From Nanobdellota archaeon (GTDB lineage: Archaea > Aenigmatarchaeota > Aenigmatarchaeia > QMZP01): a DNA stretch of 34,707 nucleotides. The DNA lies in the NCBI GenBank assembly GCA_043814765.1, contig JBDRJQ010000032.1, positions 1 to 34,707 on the forward strand. The letters run 5' to 3'. The notes under the pieces are model-generated. The model was given only the letters and a program-made list of their open reading frames with translations. It made no database searches and was not told where the DNA came from. This document shows, piece after piece, positions 26,775-34,707 of this stretch (its first letter is position 1; each line of letters begins with the position of its first letter). The position numbers and the translations under genes are program-made.

Positions 26775-27829
26775 TTTTGTTCAGCAGCTTTCTTGAATCT
26801 TCTTTCTTTTATTGTGTTCTTGAAATAATTCATTATAACACTGAAGTCCCTGTCTATCATTAGGTTGTAGTCATTGAAAGCCATGAAAGCGAAACAGCTC
26901 TTGCATGTGTTGTGTTTTTGTAGGTTTTCCCAGGCCTCCTTGAAGCCGACTTCTAGGAAATTCTTAGCTGGGAATTCTGTATCAATCATCTGCGAGCATG
27001 GATAAACCTTTCCGCTAGAGTCTATGATGCACATGAATCTTCCTGCATGACATTTTATTTTATCAAGATCATTTGATAGCTCTGATTCTTGCATGGATTT
27101 CTTTTTGTAGTCAGGCCACTCCTTTGTGTGTTTGAGTGACTTGAAAGACAGCATGATTGGGTAGCCTTTTTTCTTATAATCTATAATCTTCTGAACAGCT
27201 TTTTTGTAATCCTCATTCTCTGCTATAATACCAGAACCTGTTTGGAAGAATGGAAGAAGCCATTCTGTAACAAACCCCATTTTCTTTGAGAGCTCGAAGA
27301 TTGTGTCAATGGAATGAATATTTTGTTTTGTTATAGCAGTGCTTGTATGAACATTAACGCCATTGTCCTTTGCAAACTGTATTGCGTCAAGAACCTTTTT
27401 GAAAGAGCCTTTGCCCTTTCCCAAATCATGAGACTCTTCATCTCCGTCTATGCTTATGCAGAGCGTGTTTAATTTTTTAACTGCCTCTATCTTTTCACGG
27501 ACAAGATGCCCATTAGAATTCATGTTGCAAACCATGCCTTTTTTTCTTGCATAGCCTACAAGATATTCAATATCATCTCTTGTTAGTGGTTCTCCACCAC
27601 CGAAATTGATTCTTTTTGTTCCCATTTCAGCGAGTTCATCAAAAAGTTTTGTCAAATCTTCTGTAGTGAAATTTTTAACATCCTTTCTGCCCCAGTATAT
27701 GCCATAACAATAAGGGCAGCGTAGATTGCAAGTATTAGTGGTGTTAATGTGTACAACTATAGGCTTAGGTTTGGATGATTTGGCCAATAGCAAACTCTTC
27801 ACTAAACCAGCTTTGTCAAGTAGTTCCAT
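26771..27829 (-). CDS. Radical SAM protein with twitch/SPASM-type C-terminal domain
   Basis: CNLRCPYC, GGGEPL, SIDG, C.AG...C.ID..G.VYPC...CKSC. Confidence 0.9.
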   Translation of the reverse strand: MELLDKAGLVKSLLLAKSSKPKPIVVHINTTNTCNLRCPYCYGIYWGRKDVKNFTTEDLTKLFDELAEMGTKRINFGGGEPLTRDDIEYLVGYARKKGMVCNMNSNGHLVREKIEAVKKLNTLCISIDGDEESHDLGKGKGSFKKVLDAIQFAKDNGVNVHTSTAITKQNIHSIDTIFELSKKMGFVTEWLLPFFQTGSGIIAENEDYKKAVQKIIDYKKKGYPIMLSFKSLKHTKEWPDYKKKSMQESELSNDLDKIKCHAGRFMCIIDSSGKVYPCSQMIDTEFPAKNFLEVGFKEAWENLQKHNTCKSCFAFMAFNDYNLMIDRDFSVIMNYFKNTIKERRFKKAAEQN

Positions 27830-27866
27830 ATGCTCTCCAGATTACTATACATTATGTCTAAATACT

Positions 27867-28700
27867 TTATATACATTTATTACAGTTCAAGGTGATTATC
27901 GTAGCTTCAGGTGGACAGAATAGTCTAATTGGTGTCTCTCTGCTCTGTCCCAAGCCAGCTGTAACGTTCAAATAAGAGTTTTCTAGTTTAAACATGCCTC
28001 TGTCATATCTTTTCTGAATCTTAGAAAATGCAAACAACGGACCAATGAAAGGCAGTCTTACCTGTCCTCCATGAGTATGTCCAGCCAGATAAAGATCACC
28101 GTGAATATTCTCTATTGTTTCAACCATGTCAGGTAAATGTGTTAACACTATGTTGAAATCTTCATTCTTCTTTTCAGCAAAAAAATCACTGAGTCTTCGA
28201 AGGCTCTCCTTGAAAAAAGGATCGTTTGGCCTGTGCCTGTCAATGCCAAAAGGTATTACTATTCCTGCTATGCTTACTTTAGTTTTTCCTATAACAACGT
28301 CTTCAGTTTCATTTAGTAATGGTTTTATTCCTATGTTTTTCATTGACGAAACAAACGAATCTATGTTGTTTGCCTTCAGCCTTTTTCTCATTTTATGAAA
28401 AGCAAAGAAATTTCTCAAATCCAAGTCATGCTCATCATGATTACCCAAGCACAACCATGATCCGTATTTAGGTTTAAGCTTTTTTAGGTATTTGCATGCC
28501 CAAGGCACTGCCTTATCATTGTCAATAACATCGCCTGTTATGAATAAAAAATCCACGTCTTCTTTGGAAAGCCTGCTTATGAAACTTTCAATTCTGCTGT
28601 TTTTACCGCTAAGATGAAGATCGCCTATGTGAAGAATTTTAATGTTGTTAAGATCTTTAAGGTTAGATTTGATTGGAATAGTCTTTCTTCTTATTTTCAT
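27867..28700 (-). CDS. Calcineurin-like metallophosphoesterase (YkuE/YaeI-like)
   Basis: DLH, TGD..D, GNHD, LTH.PD, GHTHGGQV..P, R..CPPE. Confidence 0.92.
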   Translation of the reverse strand: MKIRRKTIPIKSNLKDLNNIKILHIGDLHLSGKNSRIESFISRLSKEDVDFLFITGDVIDNDKAVPWACKYLKKLKPKYGSWLCLGNHDEHDLDLRNFFAFHKMRKRLKANNIDSFVSSMKNIGIKPLLNETEDVVIGKTKVSIAGIVIPFGIDRHRPNDPFFKESLRRLSDFFAEKKNEDFNIVLTHLPDMVETIENIHGDLYLAGHTHGGQVRLPFIGPLFAFSKIQKRYDRGMFKLENSYLNVTAGLGQSRETPIRLFCPPEATIITLNCNKCI

Positions 28701-28724
28701 TTCAATATCTTCGCACTATGTGTT

Positions 28725-29678
28725 TTATATCTTTACTGGTTTTTTGAACCAGAAGAACAAGCCTGGCAGAACAGCCAAATACTGGTAAATCAGTACCATT
28801 AATGAGAAAGAAACTGCTTCTGCTGCTGAGAGCCCTATTATCATAAAGAACAATATCAGTACAGCCTCTCTTGTACCTATGCCTGTGAAAGAAATAGGGA
28901 CCATTTCAAGTATCATTATCACAGGGTATATCAGAATTATAACTAAAAATGATAGCTCAATGTTCAAACCTACAGCAAGCAGCCAGAACTGGAAGAATGC
29001 TCCTATCCATATGAATACCGTTAGAAGTGCTGCAACAATCAGAGTTCCCTTTTTGTTTCGTATCATCTCTATGCCAGAATAAAACTCATCAAAATTAACT
29101 TTTATTTTTGATTTGTATTTCTCTGGGATGAATCTGTAAAAAATAGGCCTCAGTATTTTCTGTGTATATTTTTTATTAATTGCTAGAACTGCAACAGCTA
29201 CAAAAGCTATCAGCAATGATGCTATAACAATCATGTATGTTGTACCTATATTGTAAAGGAATGAAAAAACAAATATGCCTCCTAATGCCATGAGTATTAG
29301 GATAAAGATGTCTATTATTCTGTCTGCGAGAACTGTGGATATGGATTTACCTAATGTGGATTTTGATGACTCCTTGAGATAGAAACCTTTCACAAATTCT
29401 CCAATTCTTCCAGGTGTCACAAGCGCAATAAAGCCTGATATAAAATACACTAACACTGCCTCGCGCAGGCTGTAATAAATACCGCAGGATTTTATCAGCA
29501 TCTTCCATTTCCATGATTTGGGTATAGAAAAGAACAGGCTGATCACAAACGCCAAACCCAAATAGAGCACATTGAATTCAGAAAAGATTTTAATTACACT
29601 GCTAAGATTTATGTTCAGAATTATGTAAGCGAACAGAATTATGCCTATTAACGGGGATAATTTCAGGAGTTTTTTCAT
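28725..29678 (-). CDS. UPF0104/lysylphosphatidylglycerol-synthase-TM (flippase-like) membrane protein
   Basis: WK.L, TPGRIGE..K, DRIID and PIS..GIGTRE motifs in a multi-TM protein. Confidence 0.85.
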   Translation of the reverse strand: MKKLLKLSPLIGIILFAYIILNINLSSVIKIFSEFNVLYLGLAFVISLFFSIPKSWKWKMLIKSCGIYYSLREAVLVYFISGFIALVTPGRIGEFVKGFYLKESSKSTLGKSISTVLADRIIDIFILILMALGGIFVFSFLYNIGTTYMIVIASLLIAFVAVAVLAINKKYTQKILRPIFYRFIPEKYKSKIKVNFDEFYSGIEMIRNKKGTLIVAALLTVFIWIGAFFQFWLLAVGLNIELSFLVIILIYPVIMILEMVPISFTGIGTREAVLILFFMIIGLSAAEAVSFSLMVLIYQYLAVLPGLFFWFKKPVKI

Positions 29679-29702
29679 AATAAAATGATGTTTTGCTGGT
29701 TT

Positions 29703-30638
29703 TTATAGTTCCAGGAGTTCCTTTATGGATAACCTAATTGCTTCAGATGAATTGTGTTTTGACTTCCAGCCGAGATTATGAATTTTTGTGATGTCGAATC
29801 TTACTACAGGAACATCGCCTTTCCATCCTCTGTCACCACCGGTGTGCTGAAGTTCAACGCTGCTTAAACCCATTTCTTCTATGACAATGCTTGCAATGTC
29901 ATTTACTGTTATGTATTCGTCTGTTGCGACGTTAAACAAATTGACCTTGTCATTAGATTTCTCTATAGCAAACAGCATTGCATCAATAACATCATCCACA
30001 TGTATATATGACTTGCTCTGGCTTCCATCTCCTAGAATCTCAAGTCTTTTAGAATCCTTCTTCAGCTTCCTTATGAAGTCGTATCCCACGCCATGGGTTT
30101 GCTTTCTACCAACAACATTGGCAAAGCGAAAGATCCATGCCTGCATGTCAAACATGTGGCAGAATGCGCTTATCACGCCCTCTGCACCAAGCTTGCTTGC
30201 GCCGTACATTGAGATTGGCAAAAGAGGACCGAAGTTCTCTGGGGTTGGAGTTAGCCCGACATCACCGTAAACTCCGCTTCCAGAAGGATAACCTAATTTC
30301 TTTACACCATTGAGACGCATTGCCTCAACAACATTATACGTTGCAACTATTCCTAGTCTCAGGTCAATATCTGTCTCAATCATGCTCTTTGCTATATCTG
30401 GATTAGCAGCAAAATGAAAAACCATGTCATGCCCTTTCATTGACTCGATGACCTTTTCCTTGTCAAGCAGATCAGCATTTATAATTTTAAAATTTGGATT
30501 ATCATAGTGATGTTTTATGAAATCCTCTCTGCCGCTGATTAAGTTATCATAAACAGTAACACTATGACCTTCTTTTATCAGGCGATCAGTCATGTTGCTT
30601 CCTATGAATCCTGCACCACCAGTAATAAAAATCTTCAT
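29703..30638 (-). CDS. NAD-dependent NDP-sugar epimerase/dehydratase (extended SDR, GalE-like)
   Basis: TGGAGFIGS, HFAANPD, YGASK, RFANVVG, ILGDG.QSKSYI, GWKGDV; true start MKIFITGG at 30638. Confidence 0.9.
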   Translation of the reverse strand: MKIFITGGAGFIGSNMTDRLIKEGHSVTVYDNLISGREDFIKHHYDNPNFKIINADLLDKEKVIESMKGHDMVFHFAANPDIAKSMIETDIDLRLGIVATYNVVEAMRLNGVKKLGYPSGSGVYGDVGLTPTPENFGPLLPISMYGASKLGAEGVISAFCHMFDMQAWIFRFANVVGRKQTHGVGYDFIRKLKKDSKRLEILGDGSQSKSYIHVDDVIDAMLFAIEKSNDKVNLFNVATDEYITVNDIASIVIEEMGLSSVELQHTGGDRGWKGDVPVVRFDITKIHNLGWKSKHNSSEAIRLSIKELLEL

Positions 30639-30639
30639 A

Positions 30640-31935
30640 TCATTCTCCCCTAAGCTTCTTTGCGAGTTCCATTGCGTGCCTGATGCACGCATCCATGTTT
30701 ATGTATTCGAACTCGGAAAACCTTCCACAGAGGTGAATACCTCTTTCTTGAAAGTGCCTGTGTATTACTTCGACGTTTTCTTTATAATCTTTATCATAAA
30801 CAACATACGCATAAGGTATCTTCTTCACTTCTGTTTCAGTGACTTCTTCTCTCTTTATCATGTTCAGCTTTACAAGGTCTGAAACAACTCTTTCCTTTAT
30901 CTCATCTTCACTCATCTTTTCTAAATCACTTCCAGGCGGGAATGTCACTTCAGCAACCAGAGCAGAGCTGTCCTTTCCTGTGTATTCATCTCCAAAGTAA
31001 CCTGTCATAACTAGTCTGTGAAATATAACATCTTTGTCTGGAATGTATATGCCCAGCTTATCCTTTGCGTTTGAATTGTTTACACCAACAAGAACAACAT
31101 ACATGCTGTTGTAAACAAGTTTATCAGCAGCATCTTTTACTTCTTGAGGAATATCATCCATGGCTTTTATGAGATGAAATATAGGCATAGTGCTTATGAT
31201 TCTGTCTGCTTCTATTTTATCTCCTGAAACTGTTTCAACCATCCAGCCGTTGCCTTTTTTTCTAATCGAACTCACTTCACTGTTTAGTTTTAATTCCATT
31301 TTGTCTTTTGGCAACGAATCTCTGATTGACTCTATCATGGATTGAATTCCACCGCTAATTGGATAATGAAAATAAAGTTGATGGGTGTAGCCCTCTGTCT
31401 CTATTCCAACAGCAGCTTTTATAATATCCTCTGAAGGAGGTCTTGGTATTCTCTCTACCCATTCTATGTTCATATTTTCTAACGGGTGTTTCCATATCTT
31501 TTCATTATAAGGAACTAGGTAAAGCTCTGCGAACCCATCACCAAAGCGGTGATATATCCACTCCTTAAAATTAGTCGGTTCTGGGTTCTTGTTGTTTATG
31601 AAATTGTAAAGACATTTGAATATGTCTTCTTTGGGTAATTGGTGCAAACCATTCTCAAACGGGTATTTAACATAAGTGCCTTTGTAGTAGATTTTATTGT
31701 TTCTATATAGTTTTCTCTTGTTCTCTCCGACTATGTTCAGCATGAAATCCAGTGCTTCCTTGTCCTTTGAGAATATGATATGACCGCCTATGTCATACGT
31801 GAAGGGTTCTTTCTTGAAGCTTCTGCAGAGTCCTCCTGCCACAGCATCTTTCTCGAGAATAACAGCTTCTTCGCCTAGAAAATGAGCTAATGACAGACCG
31901 GTTATTCCTGCACCAATTATACAGTTCTTTACCAT
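30640..31935 (-). CDS. FAD-dependent oxidoreductase, UDP-galactopyranose mutase/HemY-like
   Basis: IIGAGITGL, GGLCRS, D.GGHI.FS, PYNEKIW, F.YP..GG, AY.VYD, GRF.EF.Y.NMD. Confidence 0.78.
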   Translation of the reverse strand: MVKNCIIGAGITGLSLAHFLGEEAVILEKDAVAGGLCRSFKKEPFTYDIGGHIIFSKDKEALDFMLNIVGENKRKLYRNNKIYYKGTYVKYPFENGLHQLPKEDIFKCLYNFINNKNPEPTNFKEWIYHRFGDGFAELYLVPYNEKIWKHPLENMNIEWVERIPRPPSEDIIKAAVGIETEGYTHQLYFHYPISGGIQSMIESIRDSLPKDKMELKLNSEVSSIRKKGNGWMVETVSGDKIEADRIISTMPIFHLIKAMDDIPQEVKDAADKLVYNSMYVVLVGVNNSNAKDKLGIYIPDKDVIFHRLVMTGYFGDEYTGKDSSALVAEVTFPPGSDLEKMSEDEIKERVVSDLVKLNMIKREEVTETEVKKIPYAYVVYDKDYKENVEVIHRHFQERGIHLCGRFSEFEYINMDACIRHAMELAKKLRGE

Positions 31936-31943
31936 AGACGCAC

Positions 31944-32645
31944 CTATAACATTTTGACCCTGAACTTAAAAAGTTCTATAAACGCTTTTGTCAAATCTAT
32001 TGGAAGCTTTTTCTTAGAGAAAACCACGCTCTCTATTGGGAAGTGTTTGACAGGCACTTGTGAATATTTGTAGCCCTTCTTTTTTGCACGAATAGGAGTC
32101 TCAGCGTTCCATGCAATTTTCATGTCACCTGTTGAGGGTATTATGTCTTTTACAACATGATTTTTTAGTATTCTGAATCCGCAGTTGGCGTCTCTCAGCC
32201 AAACACCGAACAAGAATCCTATAAGCGAATTGTTTATCTTTGATATGAACACCCTATAGAAAGGGCTTCTGAATGTTTTGTAGCCAATAACCAGATCCAG
32301 ATTTTCTTTTTGTATTTTATTCCAAAGCTTCCAGAAATCAGAAGGATCATGTTCGCCATCACCGTCTGTAAAGAACACGTAATCTCCCTGTGCCTGCATG
32401 TAGATTTCTTTAACAGCTTTTATGTAGCCTCTACGATCATCGCATAGGTTTAATGTCAAACCGTATTTTTTGCTTATTGATTTGAGGATTTTTCTAGTGT
32501 TATCTTTGCTGCCATCTTCTGCAACAATTATTTCAACATCACCACTACGGAATTGTTTCACAATTTTTTCATGTATATCCTTTATGATTGTTTCAACTTT
32601 TTCATTTTGATAAACCGGTAGTATGACAGATAGTTTCACGCTCAT
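31944..32645 (-). CDS. GT2 glycosyltransferase (polyprenol-phosphate sugar synthase/DPM1-like)
   Basis: LSVILPVY, EDGSKD.T, FTDGDG, D.NCGFR, VPV.H. Confidence 0.88.
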   Translation of the reverse strand: MSVKLSVILPVYQNEKVETIIKDIHEKIVKQFRSGDVEIIVAEDGSKDNTRKILKSISKKYGLTLNLCDDRRGYIKAVKEIYMQAQGDYVFFTDGDGEHDPSDFWKLWNKIQKENLDLVIGYKTFRSPFYRVFISKINNSLIGFLFGVWLRDANCGFRILKNHVVKDIIPSTGDMKIAWNAETPIRAKKKGYKYSQVPVKHFPIESVVFSKKKLPIDLTKAFIELFKFRVKML

Positions 32646-32727
32646 GCAGCCTCCTAGCTATTAAATTGTCACAATCTTTAAATACTATTAATAGATACAA
32701 TAGTATTATCAATTACAAGGTGCTGTT

Positions 32728-33243
32728 ATGGGAATAAGACCAGCAAGATGCTATAAAAAAATGGAAAGACCTTACACCAGACAGTCCAGGAGAAAACCAA
32801 AAAAAGGGTTTGTTAAGGGTGTTCCTGGATCTAAAATACACAGGTTTGAAGTTGGTGACAACAAGGGTAATTTTCCTGTAAAGATGTTTTTGGTAGCCAA
32901 AAAACCAGCTCAGGTTAGGCACAATGCCCTTGAAGCTGCTCGTGTAAGTGCAAACAAGCCGTTAAATGATGGTCTTGGAAAAACCGGTTATTTCTTGAAA
33001 GTTCGTGTTTTTCCTCACCACGTAATGAGAGAGAATCCTCTTGCATCAGGTGCTGGTGCAGACAGGTTCCAGACAGGAATGAGAAAGGCTTTTGGAAGAC
33101 CTATAGGAACAGCAGCACGGGTTAAGACTGGACAGAAGATTATTGAAGCCAGAGTTAATGCTGGAAAAGAAGCACTACTTAAGAAAGCATTAAAGAGAGC
33201 TTCATTAAAAATGCCTATGCCATGTGATGTAGTAAGTGGGTAA
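32728..33243 (+). CDS. rpl10e: 50S ribosomal protein uL16 (L10e)
   Basis: RPARCY, ALEAAR, RVFPHHV.REN, GAGADR.QTGMR.AFG.P.G, KMP. Confidence 0.97.
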   Translation: MGIRPARCYKKMERPYTRQSRRKPKKGFVKGVPGSKIHRFEVGDNKGNFPVKMFLVAKKPAQVRHNALEAARVSANKPLNDGLGKTGYFLKVRVFPHHVMRENPLASGAGADRFQTGMRKAFGRPIGTAARVKTGQKIIEARVNAGKEALLKKALKRASLKMPMPCDVVSG

Positions 33244-33263
33244 ATCCCGGCCAGGGCGCGTTT

Positions 33264-33692
33264 CTAGAATATAAAACTAGTTGCCATTGTGAGTAAAATC
33301 TGCACTAAAGTGAAACTCAGTATAAACATAGCAACACCCAATATTACCACTCCCTGCAAACTCAGTTCTCTGAAAAACATCTTAAGCAGGCCCATCCAGA
33401 TTAACACTGGCAATATTAATCCCATAAAAGGTATAAAGGATATAAATCCGCCTAAAATGACCCCAAACCCAAAAAGATTTATTATGTTAACTATCAGCAC
33501 AACCATGAACACATGTGCATAGTTGTTTATAGAACCAGTCCATTTGCTCAGAGCCTTTGTAAGAATTATTAGAACTACACCGCCTATTATGGTTGCTAAT
33601 ATTATGCTGACACCGATATTTATCCAAGCAGTATATCCTTGCGATGTTGCGAGCGAATATACCGCATCCAAACCAAAAGGTAAGCCAGCCAT
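33264..33692 (-). CDS. Hypothetical multi-TM membrane protein
   Basis: 142-aa almost entirely hydrophobic ORF filling the gap between rpl10e and the GlmU-like gene. Confidence 0.65.
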   Translation of the reverse strand: MAGLPFGLDAVYSLATSQGYTAWINIGVSIILATIIGGVVLIILTKALSKWTGSINNYAHVFMVVLIVNIINLFGFGVILGGFISFIPFMGLILPVLIWMGLLKMFFRELSLQGVVILGVAMFILSFTLVQILLTMATSFIF

Positions 33693-33755
33693 ATTATATT
33701 ATTGTTTACAGGACTTTAAAAACTAGATTTTTGATTAAACTTTTTTCTAAAAAGT

Positions 33756-34707
33756 TTACTTAACATCTTCCCTAACAATTTCACCAGGAAAGGTTGTTTT
33801 ATTTGGCCATATCTTGCGACCAGGATAAATTGTTGTGTTTATTCCTGTGTGAACTCCGTCCCCTATCACAGCGCCCAGCTTCCTTCTTCCGCTGTCAACA
33901 ACATCGTCTCCTATAGGTGTTTTCACTGTCTTGTTGTCGTGTCTCAGGTTTGCAGTAACATTGCCTGCACCGATGTTTACGTTGTTTCCAATAATAGAAT
34001 CTCCTATGTAAGACAGGTGATTAACATAAGATTTGTTCATTATTATGGAATTTTTTATCTCAACACCATTACCAACCCTGCAGTTGTTTCCTATGCTGGT
34101 GCTTCCTCTTATGAAACAATTGGGTCCTATAGTGCAGTTTTCGCCGATAACAACAGGGCCTTCTATGTAAGCTCCGTTTTTTACTAAGGTTCCTTTTCCT
34201 ATTTTCACTTTGCCTTTTATTGTTGCATTTGGCTCAACTTCTCCCTGTATATCATTCTCAATGCTCTTTAGAATATGGGCATTAGCGTCCAATAGGCTCC
34301 ACGGATAACCGACAGGTATCCAGTAATCTTTAACTGTTTCACAACGAACTTTTCCTGTGCCAGCTAAGCTTCTCACTATATCAACTATTTCATATTCGCC
34401 CCTTGAAGAGCGATCCATCTTAACATCAAAGGCTTTCTTGTCAAACACATAGAAGCCAGCATTGGCAAGATTTGAAACATAGTTTTTAGGCTTTTCCACA
34501 ATTTCCTTTACAAGACCGTTTTCTGTGACATAGACGCCGAACCTTTCCGGTTCATCAACAGGCTGAGCCAGAACACAAGCATCATGTTCGTCAAACTTTT
34601 TTATGCAGCCATTCATGTCATTGCAAGAATAAATATCATCCCCATTCATTACAATGAAGCGATCCTTTAGCAAATCCTTTGCCTGCATAAGAGCATGAGC
34701 TGTTCCA
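33756..34707 (-). CDS. glmU: Bifunctional sugar-1-phosphate nucleotidyltransferase/acetyltransferase (archaeal GlmU); 5' end beyond the window
   Basis: Frame is open to the edge (GTAHALMQ..); NGDD, VEKP, S.RGEYE, GYPW.LL.AN, hexapeptide repeats, HLSYIGDS, ANLRHD, GRRKLGA. Confidence 0.9.
   Translation of the reverse strand, partial: GTAHALMQAKDLLKDRFIVMNGDDIYSCNDMNGCIKKFDEHDACVLAQPVDEPERFGVYVTENGLVKEIVEKPKNYVSNLANAGFYVFDKKAFDVKMDRSSRGEYEIVDIVRSLAGTGKVRCETVKDYWIPVGYPWSLLDANAHILKSIENDIQGEVEPNATIKGKVKIGKGTLVKNGAYIEGPVVIGENCTIGPNCFIRGSTSIGNNCRVGNGVEIKNSIIMNKSYVNHLSYIGDSIIGNNVNIGAGNVTANLRHDNKTVKTPIGDDVVDSGRRKLGAVIGDGVHTGINTTIYPGRKIWPNKTTFPGEIVREDVK

Noticed and set aside
30640..31935. Protoporphyrinogen oxidase (heme synthesis) call
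   Set aside because: Sugar-operon context and PYNEKIW / GRF..Y.NMD motifs fit a pyranose-mutase-like enzyme better.
33244..33263. GC-rich intergenic patch after rpl10e
   Set aside because: Only about 20 nt with no convincing RNA gene structure.

Overview
Gene-dense, AT-rich archaeal chromosome segment. Archaeal markers are ribosomal protein uL16/L10e, an Alu-domain SRP RNA, geranylgeranyl reductase and BRE/TATA promoters. The compact layout and reduced SMC and SRP RNA suggest a DPANN-type lineage, but that is inference only. The left third (1-12.8 kb) is mostly housekeeping: Rqc2/NEMF, TatD, a membrane-anchored Lon-type protease, a large surface protein, an SRP RNA lacking helix 6, ferredoxin plus GGR, a short-armed SMC and a CDP-alcohol phosphatidyltransferase. 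At 12.8-15.3 kb a three-gene operon couples an MtrA (corrinoid-binding)-DUF4346 fusion to an atypical thymidylate synthase and dCTP deaminase, with no other mtr genes or DHFR in the window. From 15.3 to 32.6 kb lies a cell-surface glycan locus. It holds a complete transaldolase/GmhA/HddA/GmhB/HddC route to a GDP-heptose (or GDP-octose), a PRTase, a SAM methyltransferase, two B12-binding radical SAM enzymes, a twitch/SPASM radical SAM, an epimerase, a mutase-like flavoprotein, a GT2, a flippase-like protein and a GT-C. A small insert (repeat protein, tandem SemiSWEET, structured upstream region) interrupts it. The window ends with rpl10e and a truncated GlmU-like gene. No CRISPR, tRNA, rRNA or transposase was seen. 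All calls come from reading motifs by eye; no searches were run.
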